From: Balanoglossus misakiensis | Taxonomy: Eukaryota; Animalia; Hemichordata | Length of the DNA: 64,000 nucleotides | NCBI GenBank assembly: GCA_040954595.2 | Contig: CM082579.2 | Span: forward strand, 4,205,227 to 4,269,226 | Direction: 5' to 3' | In this document: positions 1-12,568 of the stretch, one piece after another | How positions within the stretch are numbered: position 1 is the stretch's first letter | How the letters are laid out: each line of letters starts with the position of its first letter | Notes under the pieces: generated by a model | Databases searched by the model: none | The model's input: only the letters and a program-made list of their open reading frames with translations | What the model was told of the DNA's origin: nothing | Translations under genes and position numbers: made by a program

Positions 1-3000
1 TCGTTGCTAGCCCGACCTCTCACACAAGCACGAAGTGGTCTCCATACACTCCGATTTGGGTTTTTGGATTACTAGGGCGGCGTGCAAACCAACCAAACAC
101 AATTACCTCGTTCGCTCGATAACCTAAAACTGAATTTTCATCACCCAGGAAATGAACTTACCAAGGGTGCCGTAATTCACACGTTCCACACGCCACTGGG
201 GCCTTTCATGTTTCACATCACTGGTGCATGATCGTATTTTATAACGTTCACAGTAACACGGAAAATTCAAAGCAACTGAAAGCGAAGCGCCAGCGGCGTC
301 CGCGGATAAAATTCGATATAGTGTCGACTGCCGTCACGTCCCGCACCCCGCCTGACCGACAAACCAACTAACACGAACTAACCCATATCTTAGAAGGTCG
401 AGTTTTCACAGCTTTTCTGAGCGTTGATCGCATATTCTAGGGCACGTCAAGCATTAGAATGGGCTTAGTGAAGTGCCGTGTATATTGTACGGACAGGATT
501 ACTCTTTGAAGACGCGAATGTCACAGCCCTAGCTGCCGGGCACTGGCATCCATCAATACCCTTTTCTTCCAAAGCTGTCACGATGCGCGCCTTTGATCAC
601 ATTCAACGAAAGTACACTTAAAAGCAATACCCAAGTCTCTTCTGGATTTATCATAAAAAATTGATTTATGCAACCCTCCATTAAAGGAAACGCTTAAAGC
701 TGTTAACGCTCGAGATTAATTCACCTTGTCGCAGCACATGTCACTTCAGAGTGCCTTTTACAAAATACATTTGATATCACTGTTCACATAAACCCAACGT
801 TCGTATATATTTAATGCTCATGGTCCTGAACAGGATAACATATACATATAACAGGACCGTTCCCTAAACTTTTGCCAAGAACTCGGAAAGACACTGAATT
901 GATAGATCGGTACCAAAAAGACAATCGTTGAGAGCTACTGTGCAGAATTTTGATTGGGAGAATGTCACAATTTGGAATTCAAATGGAGGCATGCAGATCT
1001 TCATTTTTAATATGATTTTGTTGAGCAGACATGGAGTAGGCCCACACAACAGCACGGTGTTGGAAGCTGCGCCGTCGCGTGGACGCCTGAACTATTAAAG
1101 TTGCATGTCATTCCGCAAAGCTCTGGGTGAGGCAGACGCGACCAGAGACGTGTACGCGTTTCGAACTCAGGGCAGTTTATTACGGCTCCCACGACGGCGG
1201 AGTTATTGCGTGTCGGGTGATGTCTGCTTTGCACGGGTCGCCGACGCCAGCTCTCGTTTGTCAAGGACTTACCGTCCGTGCCCCTCAAGTCAGACAGCTT
1301 ATGTCAAGGTATTCTGCACACGGCGAGCACGCGGCCGCTGATGGTAAATAATTATGCGATTGTTATTCCCACTGGCGACGCTGATACCAGTACTAGTAAT
1401 GGAGAACCTGCGTGCAAAAAGTGTTGACATCTCAGCGCGCAGACGCATGAGATATAGCGCTCGCAGTCGGCAGTCACAGACTAGACAAAGAGCGGTTCGC
1501 AATTGTGCAATTAACTCTGAGAGCCACTGCGTGTTTCACCGGTTATTTTCAAGTCAAAACAATCTTAAACACACCGGGTACCAATACCCGTGTCTTCTGA
1601 CCTACATCGTTCCCATTCCTTACCGACGGCACTAAAATATCCATATTTCCTTTTACTTCTCGGATCCATAAATACGTTTTTCTGTTACATGATATTTAAT
1701 AAAGCAAATGCGACCGTTCAGCATAATATTGAAAGGTTCATTCCAATCGGACCCATCTGTTGAAGTGCTTTCTTGTGTCCATAAATTGAGGTTGGATGTT
1801 TTTCATTATCACCGAGCGCGGAACTATATAAAGTGAAGAAAGGGTTCCATAAGGGGTTTGGCAACAACTGAATGTCTCTGTGTTAGCTTTTGTATCATCA
1901 CAACTCAGTGTGCATACATGACTACCAAACTATAACTCTACCATCCTAATTATTAGACTGTCCGTAAAAATGAACCCTTTCCCACACTTTTTAAAACGAG
2001 AAAACTAATAATTCGTCGCATACATTCTAAAAGAGTACAACTCTTCAGATGTTACACATGATCGATGGTAATATCTAACACAGTTGCATCAACAGCACAG
2101 CGAGCAAAATTATTGGAAAACGGCAGAAAATAACAAAATCCTGCAGCATGTTTTTATGCAAACTATCCTCATGTTCGATCGTTTCGGTGAAGCCCTCCCT
2201 GGACGATTAGCAAAACCGTTTATTCCTGGCTTTCGTTTGCAAAGAGGAATGTTCGGTCGAGCCCATCTTGAAGGTATCCAATACAGCAGTTCGAGATTCG
2301 TTCCCGTGTAAGTCCGAGAGCAATTTACAGACAAGGATCAATTTAGAGAAACAAGCTTCTCTATCTCGCAGCTGCTACCAATTGTCACTTTGCAAATCAC
2401 ATACAAGTCTCACCTGGAAAAAAGCTTTGAGCCTATTAATGTGTGACAATTTAACCGGACAGTACTTTGGGGTCTGTGGGACGGTCTCCAGAATGTTTTC
2501 TTTTTCACTTACAGGCATCCACTGATGTGAAATAGATGACGTCTTTAGAAAAGCGTTTGGAAGGACGCGATTAGACAGAGGGCTTTAGTTTGTAGTTCCG
2601 ACACTTGCAGGGACAAACATCGGCATCTTTCATGTTCTTACTTTGTAATGCTCTGAGTTTTCGATCGACAGAGCACAGGTTTTCAGTGCTTTTGGATATT
2701 GCTTTTGGATATGATGATGAAACGACTTTTAAGTAAAATATTAAGGCGCCACATTAAACGGCGAGAAAAACTGTACCGGTACTTTAACTTAAGTTGCCTG
2801 AGAAAAGTTGAAGTCTTTGACTATTGAATCGCATGCGCCGTTTGGCTAACATTTGCAAGGTTAGTTCCTTTCCTTATCATCTGCCCACGTTCTACTCCCC
2901 ACGGCATGCTCGAACGTCTAGCCTTCATCAATTCCAACAACAGCAATGGCGACTGTGCACATACGGAATATGTTGATAATCTGAATACTGGGCATTGCAT

Positions 3001-3365
3001 GGTCATGCTCTAGGGAGTTCGACAAAACTGTCTTCATACATAACGCAAAACTAATATCTATCTAGATGTATCTGTCTGTCTGTCTTTCTAATCGAGCCCT
3101 TTACCAAAACATTTTGTAGCCTTGGGACAAACGACTGTTAACTTGGCATAGACTGATAAGCCTGTCTTAATTATTGATGTGATTCTACGAAGGCGGGATC
3201 AGTAATTCTTTTGGCACGAGAGTGCACGCATTATACAGTGTTTACTACTAACATCTGTGTAGGCGGGGGGGGGGGAACTTTTACACTGCATTTGTCTCGG
3301 TATCTGACAAGCATACATAACAGCTTTTAAGATATCATAACAGCGTAGTGTACTTTCTGTATGAA

Positions 3366-3405
3366 GGATGGATGGATAGATGGATGGATCGATGGATGGA
3401 TGGAT
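3366..3405. repeat. (GGAT)n microsatellite, slightly imperfect
   Basis: Directly visible. Confidence 0.9.
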
Positions 3406-6400
3406 ACATTTAGAAACTAGACAGATGACGGTCGTTGGGGAATGTTTTTGATGTGTTCGCTGTTAGTATCTTTAAAGGGGCTACTCCGCATTTGCGATTT
3501 CTTGTCGTCTTGGCGCCAAATTCCGTTATCTGGCCGCGATTGCATGATTTCGGTTAGTCAACAGCTCGTGGCAACTTCACGCCTAAAATACCACTGCGGG
3601 TTCTCTAGTAAAATGCATCCACGGAGGATTTCGCTCGGCAAAGATTTGTAAGCGAACAACATATCGTTTTCTGAAGGGCAATTTCAGACAATGTGAAGCC
3701 CAGAGGAATTCTCTAGATTGCAATGCTGGATACAGACAGCGAGGTTGGGTCACGTGTCAACTAGATGTCGTGCCTGTGACATTTCACTGCACCCTCTGAT
3801 ATCTACCTTGCTTTATACACGTTGGCCAACACACAGGATGCTTTCACTAACGCGGCATCTTTTATTAAAATGGCAGTCTCTGGGGCGCCTATCTAGGAAA
3901 TCGAGCTATTTTACTACCACATTAGCGGCCTACACATTCTGTTTCTTCTATAGTTTGTCATACTGTGTGATGTATAATGGAAACTCGTCTGAGGGAAATA
4001 ATTTCTTCTTTTCTGGGTTGTATTGTAAGATAAGCCATGTTTTGAATGTTGAGTATATATGCTACATCTTGAAAGTTTGATCGCAATCACAGTTATGGGA
4101 TACGGGCATATGAAGAAGTGTTTTCACCGAAAAATGCTAAACCTGCATGGAAACATGTTAAAGGTAGTCCAGCGTTTGTTGAATATGTCCCGGATGTCCA
4201 CCCATGGCTTCTCAATGATTGTCTCTCGTCTGACGCAAACCCTTCAGAGTAATCACCAGAGAGGAATTATTGAAGTGAACCAGTTTGAGAGGAGCACAAG
4301 CATACTTACAAGCTACTTATGAAAAAAGGGCCCCCAATTCCTTCGAGATTCCCGACAAGTTATGGTAATAGCGCGACCTGTTTCAATTAGCGTGACCCGG
4401 CGGAAGGATAATACGACTATCACGAACGAATACGCTCATGTAACTGTCTTCAAAGAAACCGATGAAAGACACCTCTGCGTCAGCGAGTCACAAAACGTCG
4501 CGAACAAACACGACGACAATCACACGTGTAGCTACGGAAAGGTATACGATTTACAGTCTAAGGTCATGTGACAATTCATGTTACTTGCACCATTTTTTAT
4601 CAAAGCATAGACGACAAAACGCATGACCGATCTGGTAAACAATAATGAATTACCGAACAAGATGAAATATAGGCAGTTTAAAAACCACAGAGTGTTTTTT
4701 GACTATGACAGGCACCCCTTCAAATATTTACACCGGTTTTTAGCTTTCATACTGCTAGTTATGTCTTCCCCTGATGACTGGAGCGTAGACTCTAAATACA
4801 GCGCTTTGCTCTATACGTGTATTTCCTTCGTCAAATACAAACGTTCCAGATCAGCTCACTCGTGTAAAACTAACCACGCGTTTCCATTAAACTACTCGTT
4901 TAACAAAGCTAATTTATGCCAGTTTTTTGGAGAGGCACCGATATTTAGTGCCGAAATAGATGATGCCAACGCGATATTTTATAATGAAACTGTGCTCCGC
5001 TATGTAGACTAATGGAATGATTAACACACTCGATGACTACGGGCGATTGCTAAGTGACATTCAAACATACGTATTTTTCACAGTGATATCAAATCCCTTG
5101 ATGACGTGTGTTTATTACCACACCACTTCGGGTACAATGTCCATGCATAATCAGGCTTTTGTGCATTTCGCCTATTTGCGTGTAATGATCAGTGGTCGAC
5201 GATCTGTGTCCAAATCGTACAATTTGCCCTACAAATGCTGTTGCACTTTCCGCATCGCTGAAGCCCAATGCAGTGTGTTTCCCCTCAAAGTGGAAAAAAA
5301 TGTCGCTTCTCATATCTGGTAATTTTCTGCTGGAATAAATAGACATTTTCCTGTAATGTGAGATCGTAGTACAACCCCTCCCCTATCGTAGAAACCCTTT
5401 CTTATATGAACTTGCAAAACAGGGAGTTGAGAGTTATAAACCTTGTTTTTGACTCGATTATGCTTCAAAGCATGAAACCTCTGTGCTTTTCTCCTAAAAG
5501 AACCGTCCGGCGATATCTCACCGTTATGAATCATAACGGAATGCGACGCGACAGTTGATATTAATCGTATAATCACTCTATTAAATCCTTCTTTGATGCA
5601 CCCTAGACCGCGATATTAAAATACCTTTCTCCTTGGTAAAATTCTCGAGGTCGTGATTTTGACATCAGCTTTAACACTAAGATATGGGGATTGGCGCTCA
5701 AATAATCGAAATCTTTATCCGTCTATATTTTGTGAAATCTCCCGCGTTTTAAATTTACCTTCTCGGAGTATCTGTCGTGATGCTCTTCAATTGTGATAAT
5801 TGCGGTATTTTGAGAACGATTAGCGCTCTTGTAGTTATTGGACAATTGCAATATCCGCGCGCCATTGGAGAACGTTGCACTAAATAGATGTCTACTAATG
5901 CTTGTTTCATTTTGAAGACGAGATGCGCCAGGTATTAGTGGCGACCCCGGGAGACGTGTCCACTTCATGATATTGAGCTTTCAGAGAGAATTTAAGTATG
6001 CGTGATCTCATATATTTTCTCTTTCGCACTTTATTGCCTTTTCTTCACGACGGTGTAAAATATTAGTGATCGACTTACAAATTGCATGGGGACCATCTGC
6101 GCTTTATTCATACACGAAACATTATCATAACGCAATGTGTGAGGGGAAATTAAACTCATCCAGAAACAAATGACCGTTCCTTCAGTTTCAAGCAACGACG
6201 TGCTCTTTATATGCTGTTTCCTGCAACAACCCAACGCGAAGGTTTCTGCGCCATTTCCCGCGGACAAATGTTTCGAAATGCATGATGGTCGCAGATACAT
6301 ACAGATTTTTTACATGGGTATAGCCTAATTGGGTCTTGGAAAGTCAAGGTATATATGTACGACTTGGGTTGTGTGCCGTAATTAGATGGTGTACTCTTAG

Positions 6401-7620
6401 ACTGGGGCCAGGCTATCGAGACCATAGCAACCGGTAGTTCAATATTCAGTCATGTCAGCATTGGACCGGTACAAAAAATACCCCAAGGAGGGCTAACGAA
6501 AAAGAAGAAATTCAAATTGCATTTCCCGGTCGTTGTTATGGCTCTTGCTGGGGTAATTTGATCGCCCAGTGGCGGAACGACGATATCTTATGCATCACCC
6601 AGTTAAATTTACAATATATTGCCGCGAGATCTGCAGTGTTTCCCCTGTAATAGTACCTGATGCATCCGTTGTAGGTGATTGCATACTGCTTGCCACGAGG
6701 CTACTGCAACCCGTTTCTCATCAGATATTTTGCTGTAATTCCAGATATGAATGCAAGTAACATTTAAGTAACTAAACACACCCAGGCGATAATTGTCTTC
6801 AGGGGAGTAGGTGTGAGAACAATATTTACAGGAAACTTCACTAGCTTTGATTCGGGAATTCTACATTGCATATCTCTCAATTCGCAGATTTGTTGAATAT
6901 GCAAATTAGCCTTCAATTAAGAACCGTTAAATATGTCTTAGTTGAACCACGTCATTGTCTGATCAATGTATGATGCAAATTTCATAAAAATAGGTCAAAC
7001 AATTCCCTTTGAATAATGGAATTTGGTGTTCGAGATACCGATGGGCAACATCTTTCCAGGAAATCAGGCCATAAACACAGAAGTAGATGCTAATTGCTAA
7101 TCTCATGCTGGTCGTTAGCTGTTTATTCTGCCTTCTGGTTACGAAAGGGAAACGCCATCTGTCTCTTATAGTTTCCGCAGAATGGCTGACTGCTTGAAGA
7201 TAAGCCGTTCGCCTCGTTTATTTGCTATTAAATTATGTCGATTTCTCGCTCATACCGCTCTACCAAAATAGAATTAAACTTATTATTATATTAATGGTAT
7301 ACTGATCAGATCAGTTGAGCCATGAACGTTTCATCTATTCAGCAACCATGCGCAATACCATTAATCAATATATAACACGATTGAAATTATTTAGGGACAA
7401 TTGCATGCGGACAAAATGCGTTAAAAGCTCAGCAGAATACATGTACAACACGTACATAATGTATTTGTTATGTCATTTTGTTCGAACAGTGGCAAAAATT
7501 ATCCTCAAGCACAACAAATGCTGTTTGTGTGCACCTAGCCCAAAGTAGTTCCAATCATGTTGACTTATAATTGACAATCCATTTTGTGCGCATACGTTTA
7601 TCTCTGCATGTGCGCACAGG

Positions 7621-7642
7621 AGAGAGAGAGAGAGAGAGAGAG
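7621..7642. repeat. (AG)n microsatellite
   Basis: Directly visible. Confidence 0.9.
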
Positions 7643-10465
7643 TTATAAACACAACAATGTATGGTGAGTGAACATTTATTTCAATGAACTCTGACAAAAA
7701 ATAACATGAAAATTATCAAAAATCTCAAATTCTTCACAAAGGTGTGAATAAATGTTAACGATGACGTTTATGCCTTGACCACATCAAACCTGGTGTTACT
7801 AACGCACGATAAAATATATCCAAACGTATTTAATTATTGCACAGCATCAATTAAGATCAAATAAACATATCATAGATATATGTACTTTTTTCCACAGTAA
7901 ATCACATTTTTCTTCAATAAGAAAACATTATCTGTGAATGTAAACATGAAAGTAATAAAGACTACTTATCTTATACATGTAACTCAAAGTGAAACAATAA
8001 CAAAACAATAACACATGTAATAATAACATTTACCCAATGACGTATGGTATATAATTTTCAATGTAACAGTCCAATAAATATGCAAATGAAAATCTATAGG
8101 GTCCATAACGTGTGTTATTGAATTCTATTTAAAAGATTCAAACATACATTCATTTTTCCTCGCATATCGCAATATCCAGGAAAGTCACCCTCAGTTTATT
8201 TTAATCATCTGTTAAATGTAAGACAAAAGTGACTCAGTGGCAAAGAAACAATTGTAAAATACAAAATAGTAATCGCAACCTTTCAGTATTTCTGTGACCG
8301 CAAGTAAGAATATCTCCGAGTTGCGAGTGTAAACATTCTATACACAATGAACATCTTTAGGAGATTTCTGATCTCCGACATCGAAATAGAAGAGACATGC
8401 TGATGACATAGAAAAGCCATTCTCACTGACATCATCCTGAGACGAATATACCTTATGGTATAAAGAAAACTCTACGTCACGCGTCACCACACTTGATTTT
8501 TGATATCGCTGTTCAGATATTTTCACCCATGTGAACACTATAGCATTAAGAGTGCGAGGAAAGTGCTAAGACCACCTAACTGGAAAAAGTAGGATGGGAA
8601 CACCCTTTATATACAATTATATATAAAGATCATGAAAATGAGTATACTCTATATTGAGTAGTTCTCTACCTTAACCTTACTACTACTATTACTACCACCT
8701 GACTACCATCCCCATCATCACTACCTTTATATTAGACATGTTATATCACCTTTTCCGTAGTAGCAACTTGAAACGATTGGTTACATATCGTAACACGTGA
8801 TCAACGAAATCCCACTTGAGGTGATAATGCATTACAGTTCTGTAAAAAACTTTTCAAAGCTACATTTCATATCAAAGACAAATTCAAAACCTTTAATACC
8901 ATACATTCATCAAACGTTGAGTGTCCTGCCTTCAGTATGGTGTATAATTTACTTGAAACCGGACACCGATAGTTGTTAGTTAGCCTATAAATCTCATGTC
9001 CAAGTTTTAAATAATATTAGTTCAAAGTTATCGCTATCCGAGATACGAAATTCGGTTGACGCAATACCTTACATAGAAAAACAACAGATTTCTGCTGGTG
9101 TACCGACTATTGTTTCCCCAATATGTGGGTTCTTTACTTTAAATAACCGTTTTATTATACAATATGTTTAGAATCATGTGAGAATATTTGACCATATATG
9201 GGCATATGTAAATTACAAGTGATTGTATTCCTTTAATGTGTGTCACCCTCTTTGATAATAGATCACACAAACTTATTGGAATATATAAAGAGAAAAATAA
9301 TCTATTCTAATTTGAATTTACATGTATTACAACAGTAAAAACACACGTATTTTAATGTAAATATGTTTCAGTTTAGATTATGAAAAATCATTTTTTTTCT
9401 AACTAATATAAACATCTGATTTGTTGCACCCATAATTATAATAATGCTGCGAACACGCAATCTTTCAGGTTGGTTCCTCGAAATGTGTAACATTTGATTT
9501 ATCATTAAAATTTGTGTTGAATTTACTGGCCACATTACATTTCTATGGTGATTGATAATGTGTAAATATTGTAGGTTTTTATACCCGACGTGTGCACAAT
9601 GGCAAACTAATCTAGTAAAAAATATTAATATTTAAAGAACAATGTTATATTATTAATTAAGTATTACCCCACAGACAGGGAACCAGGTCACTCGTGAAAA
9701 AAGGCGTTATTCCTGCAGTACGGGATTACAAACTATACGTTTACGAATGTCCCGAATACTTAATGAACATACACTGGCATGACATTAGGTGATAACGGCA
9801 GCTTTCAAATCACGGTAACTGCACAGTGATAACAACAGGACTGCCATGTTATGACGACATCGGGTAGAATATCAAAAAAATCAATATTTGTCTGACTGTA
9901 CTCTGGTTTATGATATGTGATAAGCACTTCACAACTTGTGTTGGTTTCTCTCAATCAATGGTGTTTTGTTTATTGCTGCTTCCAGATTGCTGTAAAACAC
10001 CGAATTGACTTCAAATTAAACTGTGCGAAACTAATAGTTATTTATAACACGTATTGCTCAATAGAAACACTCAAAGGGACAAACGTTTTCATTTGAAATT
10101 TTCCAGGTCATTTTTATTGTCAAAAGCAATTATTTTCCCGTTAAGTGGGGCTCAGGGGATAGGCTGCCATAAGAGGTTTAATCTGCATGGCAAATAAACA
10201 CGTGCGCGAACATCTCTTTGATATTCGTACGCACACTGATATGTGCCCTATATATGAACATGTCAAATGATATCGATTTTATGTTTAATTGATTGCTCTT
10301 TGTAATGAGAGTGTTCTCACAAGCGTTGGGTAATACCTGTCTCTTTGCCTTCTGAGTGATATACTTTAAGCTAATATTTGCTGTACTACTTTTAGCTATT
10401 TGTCAGTATTTTTAATGCCCCTTTATTTTTTTCCATTGTTATGCAGATGCAGATAACATGTAAAC

Positions 10466-11488
10466 TTAGCTTCTATGACTTGAAGTTGGATCCGTACCCA
10501 AAGTCTCGAAAGTATCAACGTTATTTGTGCATTTTGCACAGAACACGAGGCGCATACCCCTTTGGAACTGTTTGTATTTTAGAGCATAAATAAATGGATT
10601 GATTGAGGAGTTGAGAAACCCAATCACTACGCCGACATTGTAAAAGATACCTCCGAAATTGACCTTTGCCCCCAAACAGAAGGCCAGGAAAGTGAGCTGT
10701 GGTAGGCCCCAGCATAAGGCGTACGCCAGAAAGACCAGGATGAGCATCTTCAGGACATTGTTGCTGGCCCGCTTCATGGAGTTGTCTCGCTTGGCAGCTT
10801 CTTGGTCTTGTTGGTTGATGGTGGCCACGTCTGTCAGTGACTTCTTGCTCAGCGCTATGATGCAGCGGGCGTAGGCCACGGACATGACCACCAGCGGCAC
10901 CAGGTACTGGGCGAACACGTTGCTGATGCCGACGAACTTGCCGAACTCCGGGGAGCTCCACATCTTGGCCGTCTTGCACAGACCGCGGTCGAAGTGCTGG
11001 GTGTAGATGTTGAAGGACTTGAAGACGGCGGCCACCAGCCACTCGGCCGTCAGTATCACGGCCACGCGCGCGTTCGTGAACACGGCGGCGTGGTGGAGCG
11101 GGTAAAGGATGGCGTAGTACCGCTCCAGGGTGATCACCACCAGGTTGAAGCTGGACGCCAGGAAACAGGTCCACAGCAGGTAGGCGGACTTCCACATGCG
11201 GCACAGGAATTCGCCGGCGCCCGAGTTCTCGGTGTAGGTGAACTGCGGGCCGAGGTAGTAGAGCACCAACAGGACGGAGGTGATCAGGTCGATGATAGCC
11301 TGGTGGACGATGAGGTAGTTCGTCAAGGTTCGCAACTTTCGTATTCTGAGAAAGACGATGCAGACCAGTAGGTTACCGCCGATCCCCAAGAAGCCAATGC
11401 AGCCCAGCGTCGTGTTCAGCCACCCCAGTTGATTGGAGCTTGTAGTGGACACTGTTCCGTTGTCCACAGTACCGTTGGCTGATGACAT
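10466..11488 (-). CDS. Class A (rhodopsin-like) GPCR, orphan peptide-receptor-like, 340 aa, intronless CDS
   Basis: Seven hydrophobic segments. TM1 GNLLV, TM2 HQAIID, TM3 C...ITLERYY, TM5 YLVP, TM6 CWGLP, TM7 NSSINPFIY, helix 8 FQRG. N-terminal N-glycosylation sequons (NGT, NGT, NTT). A splice acceptor with polypyrimidine tract lies just upstream of the ATG (exon starts 11507). Confidence 0.95.
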   Translation of the reverse strand: MSSANGTVDNGTVSTTSSNQLGWLNTTLGCIGFLGIGGNLLVCIVFLRIRKLRTLTNYLIVHQAIIDLITSVLLVLYYLGPQFTYTENSGAGEFLCRMWKSAYLLWTCFLASSFNLVVITLERYYAILYPLHHAAVFTNARVAVILTAEWLVAAVFKSFNIYTQHFDRGLCKTAKMWSSPEFGKFVGISNVFAQYLVPLVVMSVAYARCIIALSKKSLTDVATINQQDQEAAKRDNSMKRASNNVLKMLILVFLAYALCWGLPQLTFLAFCLGAKVNFGGIFYNVGVVIGFLNSSINPFIYALKYKQFQRGMRLVFCAKCTNNVDTFETLGTDPTSSHRS

Positions 11489-12392
11489 TGTTGAAGTCTT
11501 TCTGATACTATATATGGGGAGGTGAAAACAGGAAAAAAAGACAAATCAGTAAAAATTATCCCCGATATTTTAAGGCATTTACCGGGCGTTCAATTGATTG
11601 TGGCAATCGTTTATATGAACATACAATGTGAACGCATTAGATTCACACAACAGTGAGTTTGCGAGGTATAGAACTGAAAAGTGTTGTCTTCCTGATATAT
11701 CCTGGGGTAATGAAGGCACACATTAGATTACTTTGTTGGCGTACAAGGCCAGTTGAAAAAAACACACACACAAAAACACGTCTTGCGTAGATCGCGTGAC
11801 TCTTTTCTTTTTCGCACTTTGAATTATTTAGAGTGCCAGAATGCATTGGGTATAGTGAACGAGAACGCATACGCCCGCGGCACAGACAAGGGGCAACAAC
11901 CCAAACTTGAAGTGTTCATACTTGACAGGGCTACATCGACTCGGAAAACAGGTATTCCCCCCTCAGCCATAAAATCACCGCTCTGCCTGCGGTTGTTAAG
12001 GATCAATCACCTTGTGCGTCTACAGTAATTGTTTTTGTAAACGTGTTGTCGTAAAAGACAAGACAAGAAAGTGTCTTCGTGATCATGATCGATAACAGTC
12101 ACTGTCAGAGTTGCATGCGCGGCTCTGCAGGCAGGCAAGGGCCCCTAACAGTTAAAATTGATCAGCGGGCGCGATTACAGTCTCGTTCACTGCTCACATG
12201 TGGAAACGTTTGCGCGCGGTTGAGATAGAAGTGACAGGGGACTACAGGAGAACGGACATTACGCGTCAAAAGTCAGCGTTTACCGTCGGGATCAGCCCTG
12301 TAAGTCGACCCAGATAAAGAGGACGGACAACGAAACTAATAACTACCGTAGCATCACGCGCCCCGTGGAAATCGAACCGTGTGCCGGACTAC

Positions 12393-12568
12393 CAAGGGAC
12401 CAAGCGGTATAGCCGCAAGGAGTGTCTGTGCCAGGCATCATCGGCCGCAAAGCTCCCCACAGATGCCTTTTCCGCCGTCTCGTTAATTGAAGAGCAGAAA
12501 AGCGCTGCAGAAAAGTCGAGCTCGTAGTCCAGGGTCACTTGTCGGGAATTGAACCTCCGGGTATGACC
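12393..12568 (-). other. Candidate non-coding 5'UTR exon of the GPCR
   Basis: GC-richer block bounded by a TTTTGCAG acceptor (12569-12570) and a weak GT donor (12391-12392). The acceptor at 11508 requires an upstream exon. Confidence 0.3.

Noticed and set aside
162-360. Strong minus-strand donor (TTG|GTAAGT) with CpG-rich upstream sequence; possible first exon of a gene left of the window
   Set aside because: No coding evidence within the window; cannot be supported here.
860-7100. Short ORFs and transposon-like fragments (e.g. 864-1060, 4060-4330, 6780-7060)
   Set aside because: No recognisable domains or verifiable paired termini; probably decayed repeats, but not assignable without a repeat library.
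10521-11371. Long alternative-frame and antisense ORFs over the GPCR (227 aa, 125 aa)
   Set aside because: Shadow ORFs caused by high GC3; no recognisable motifs.
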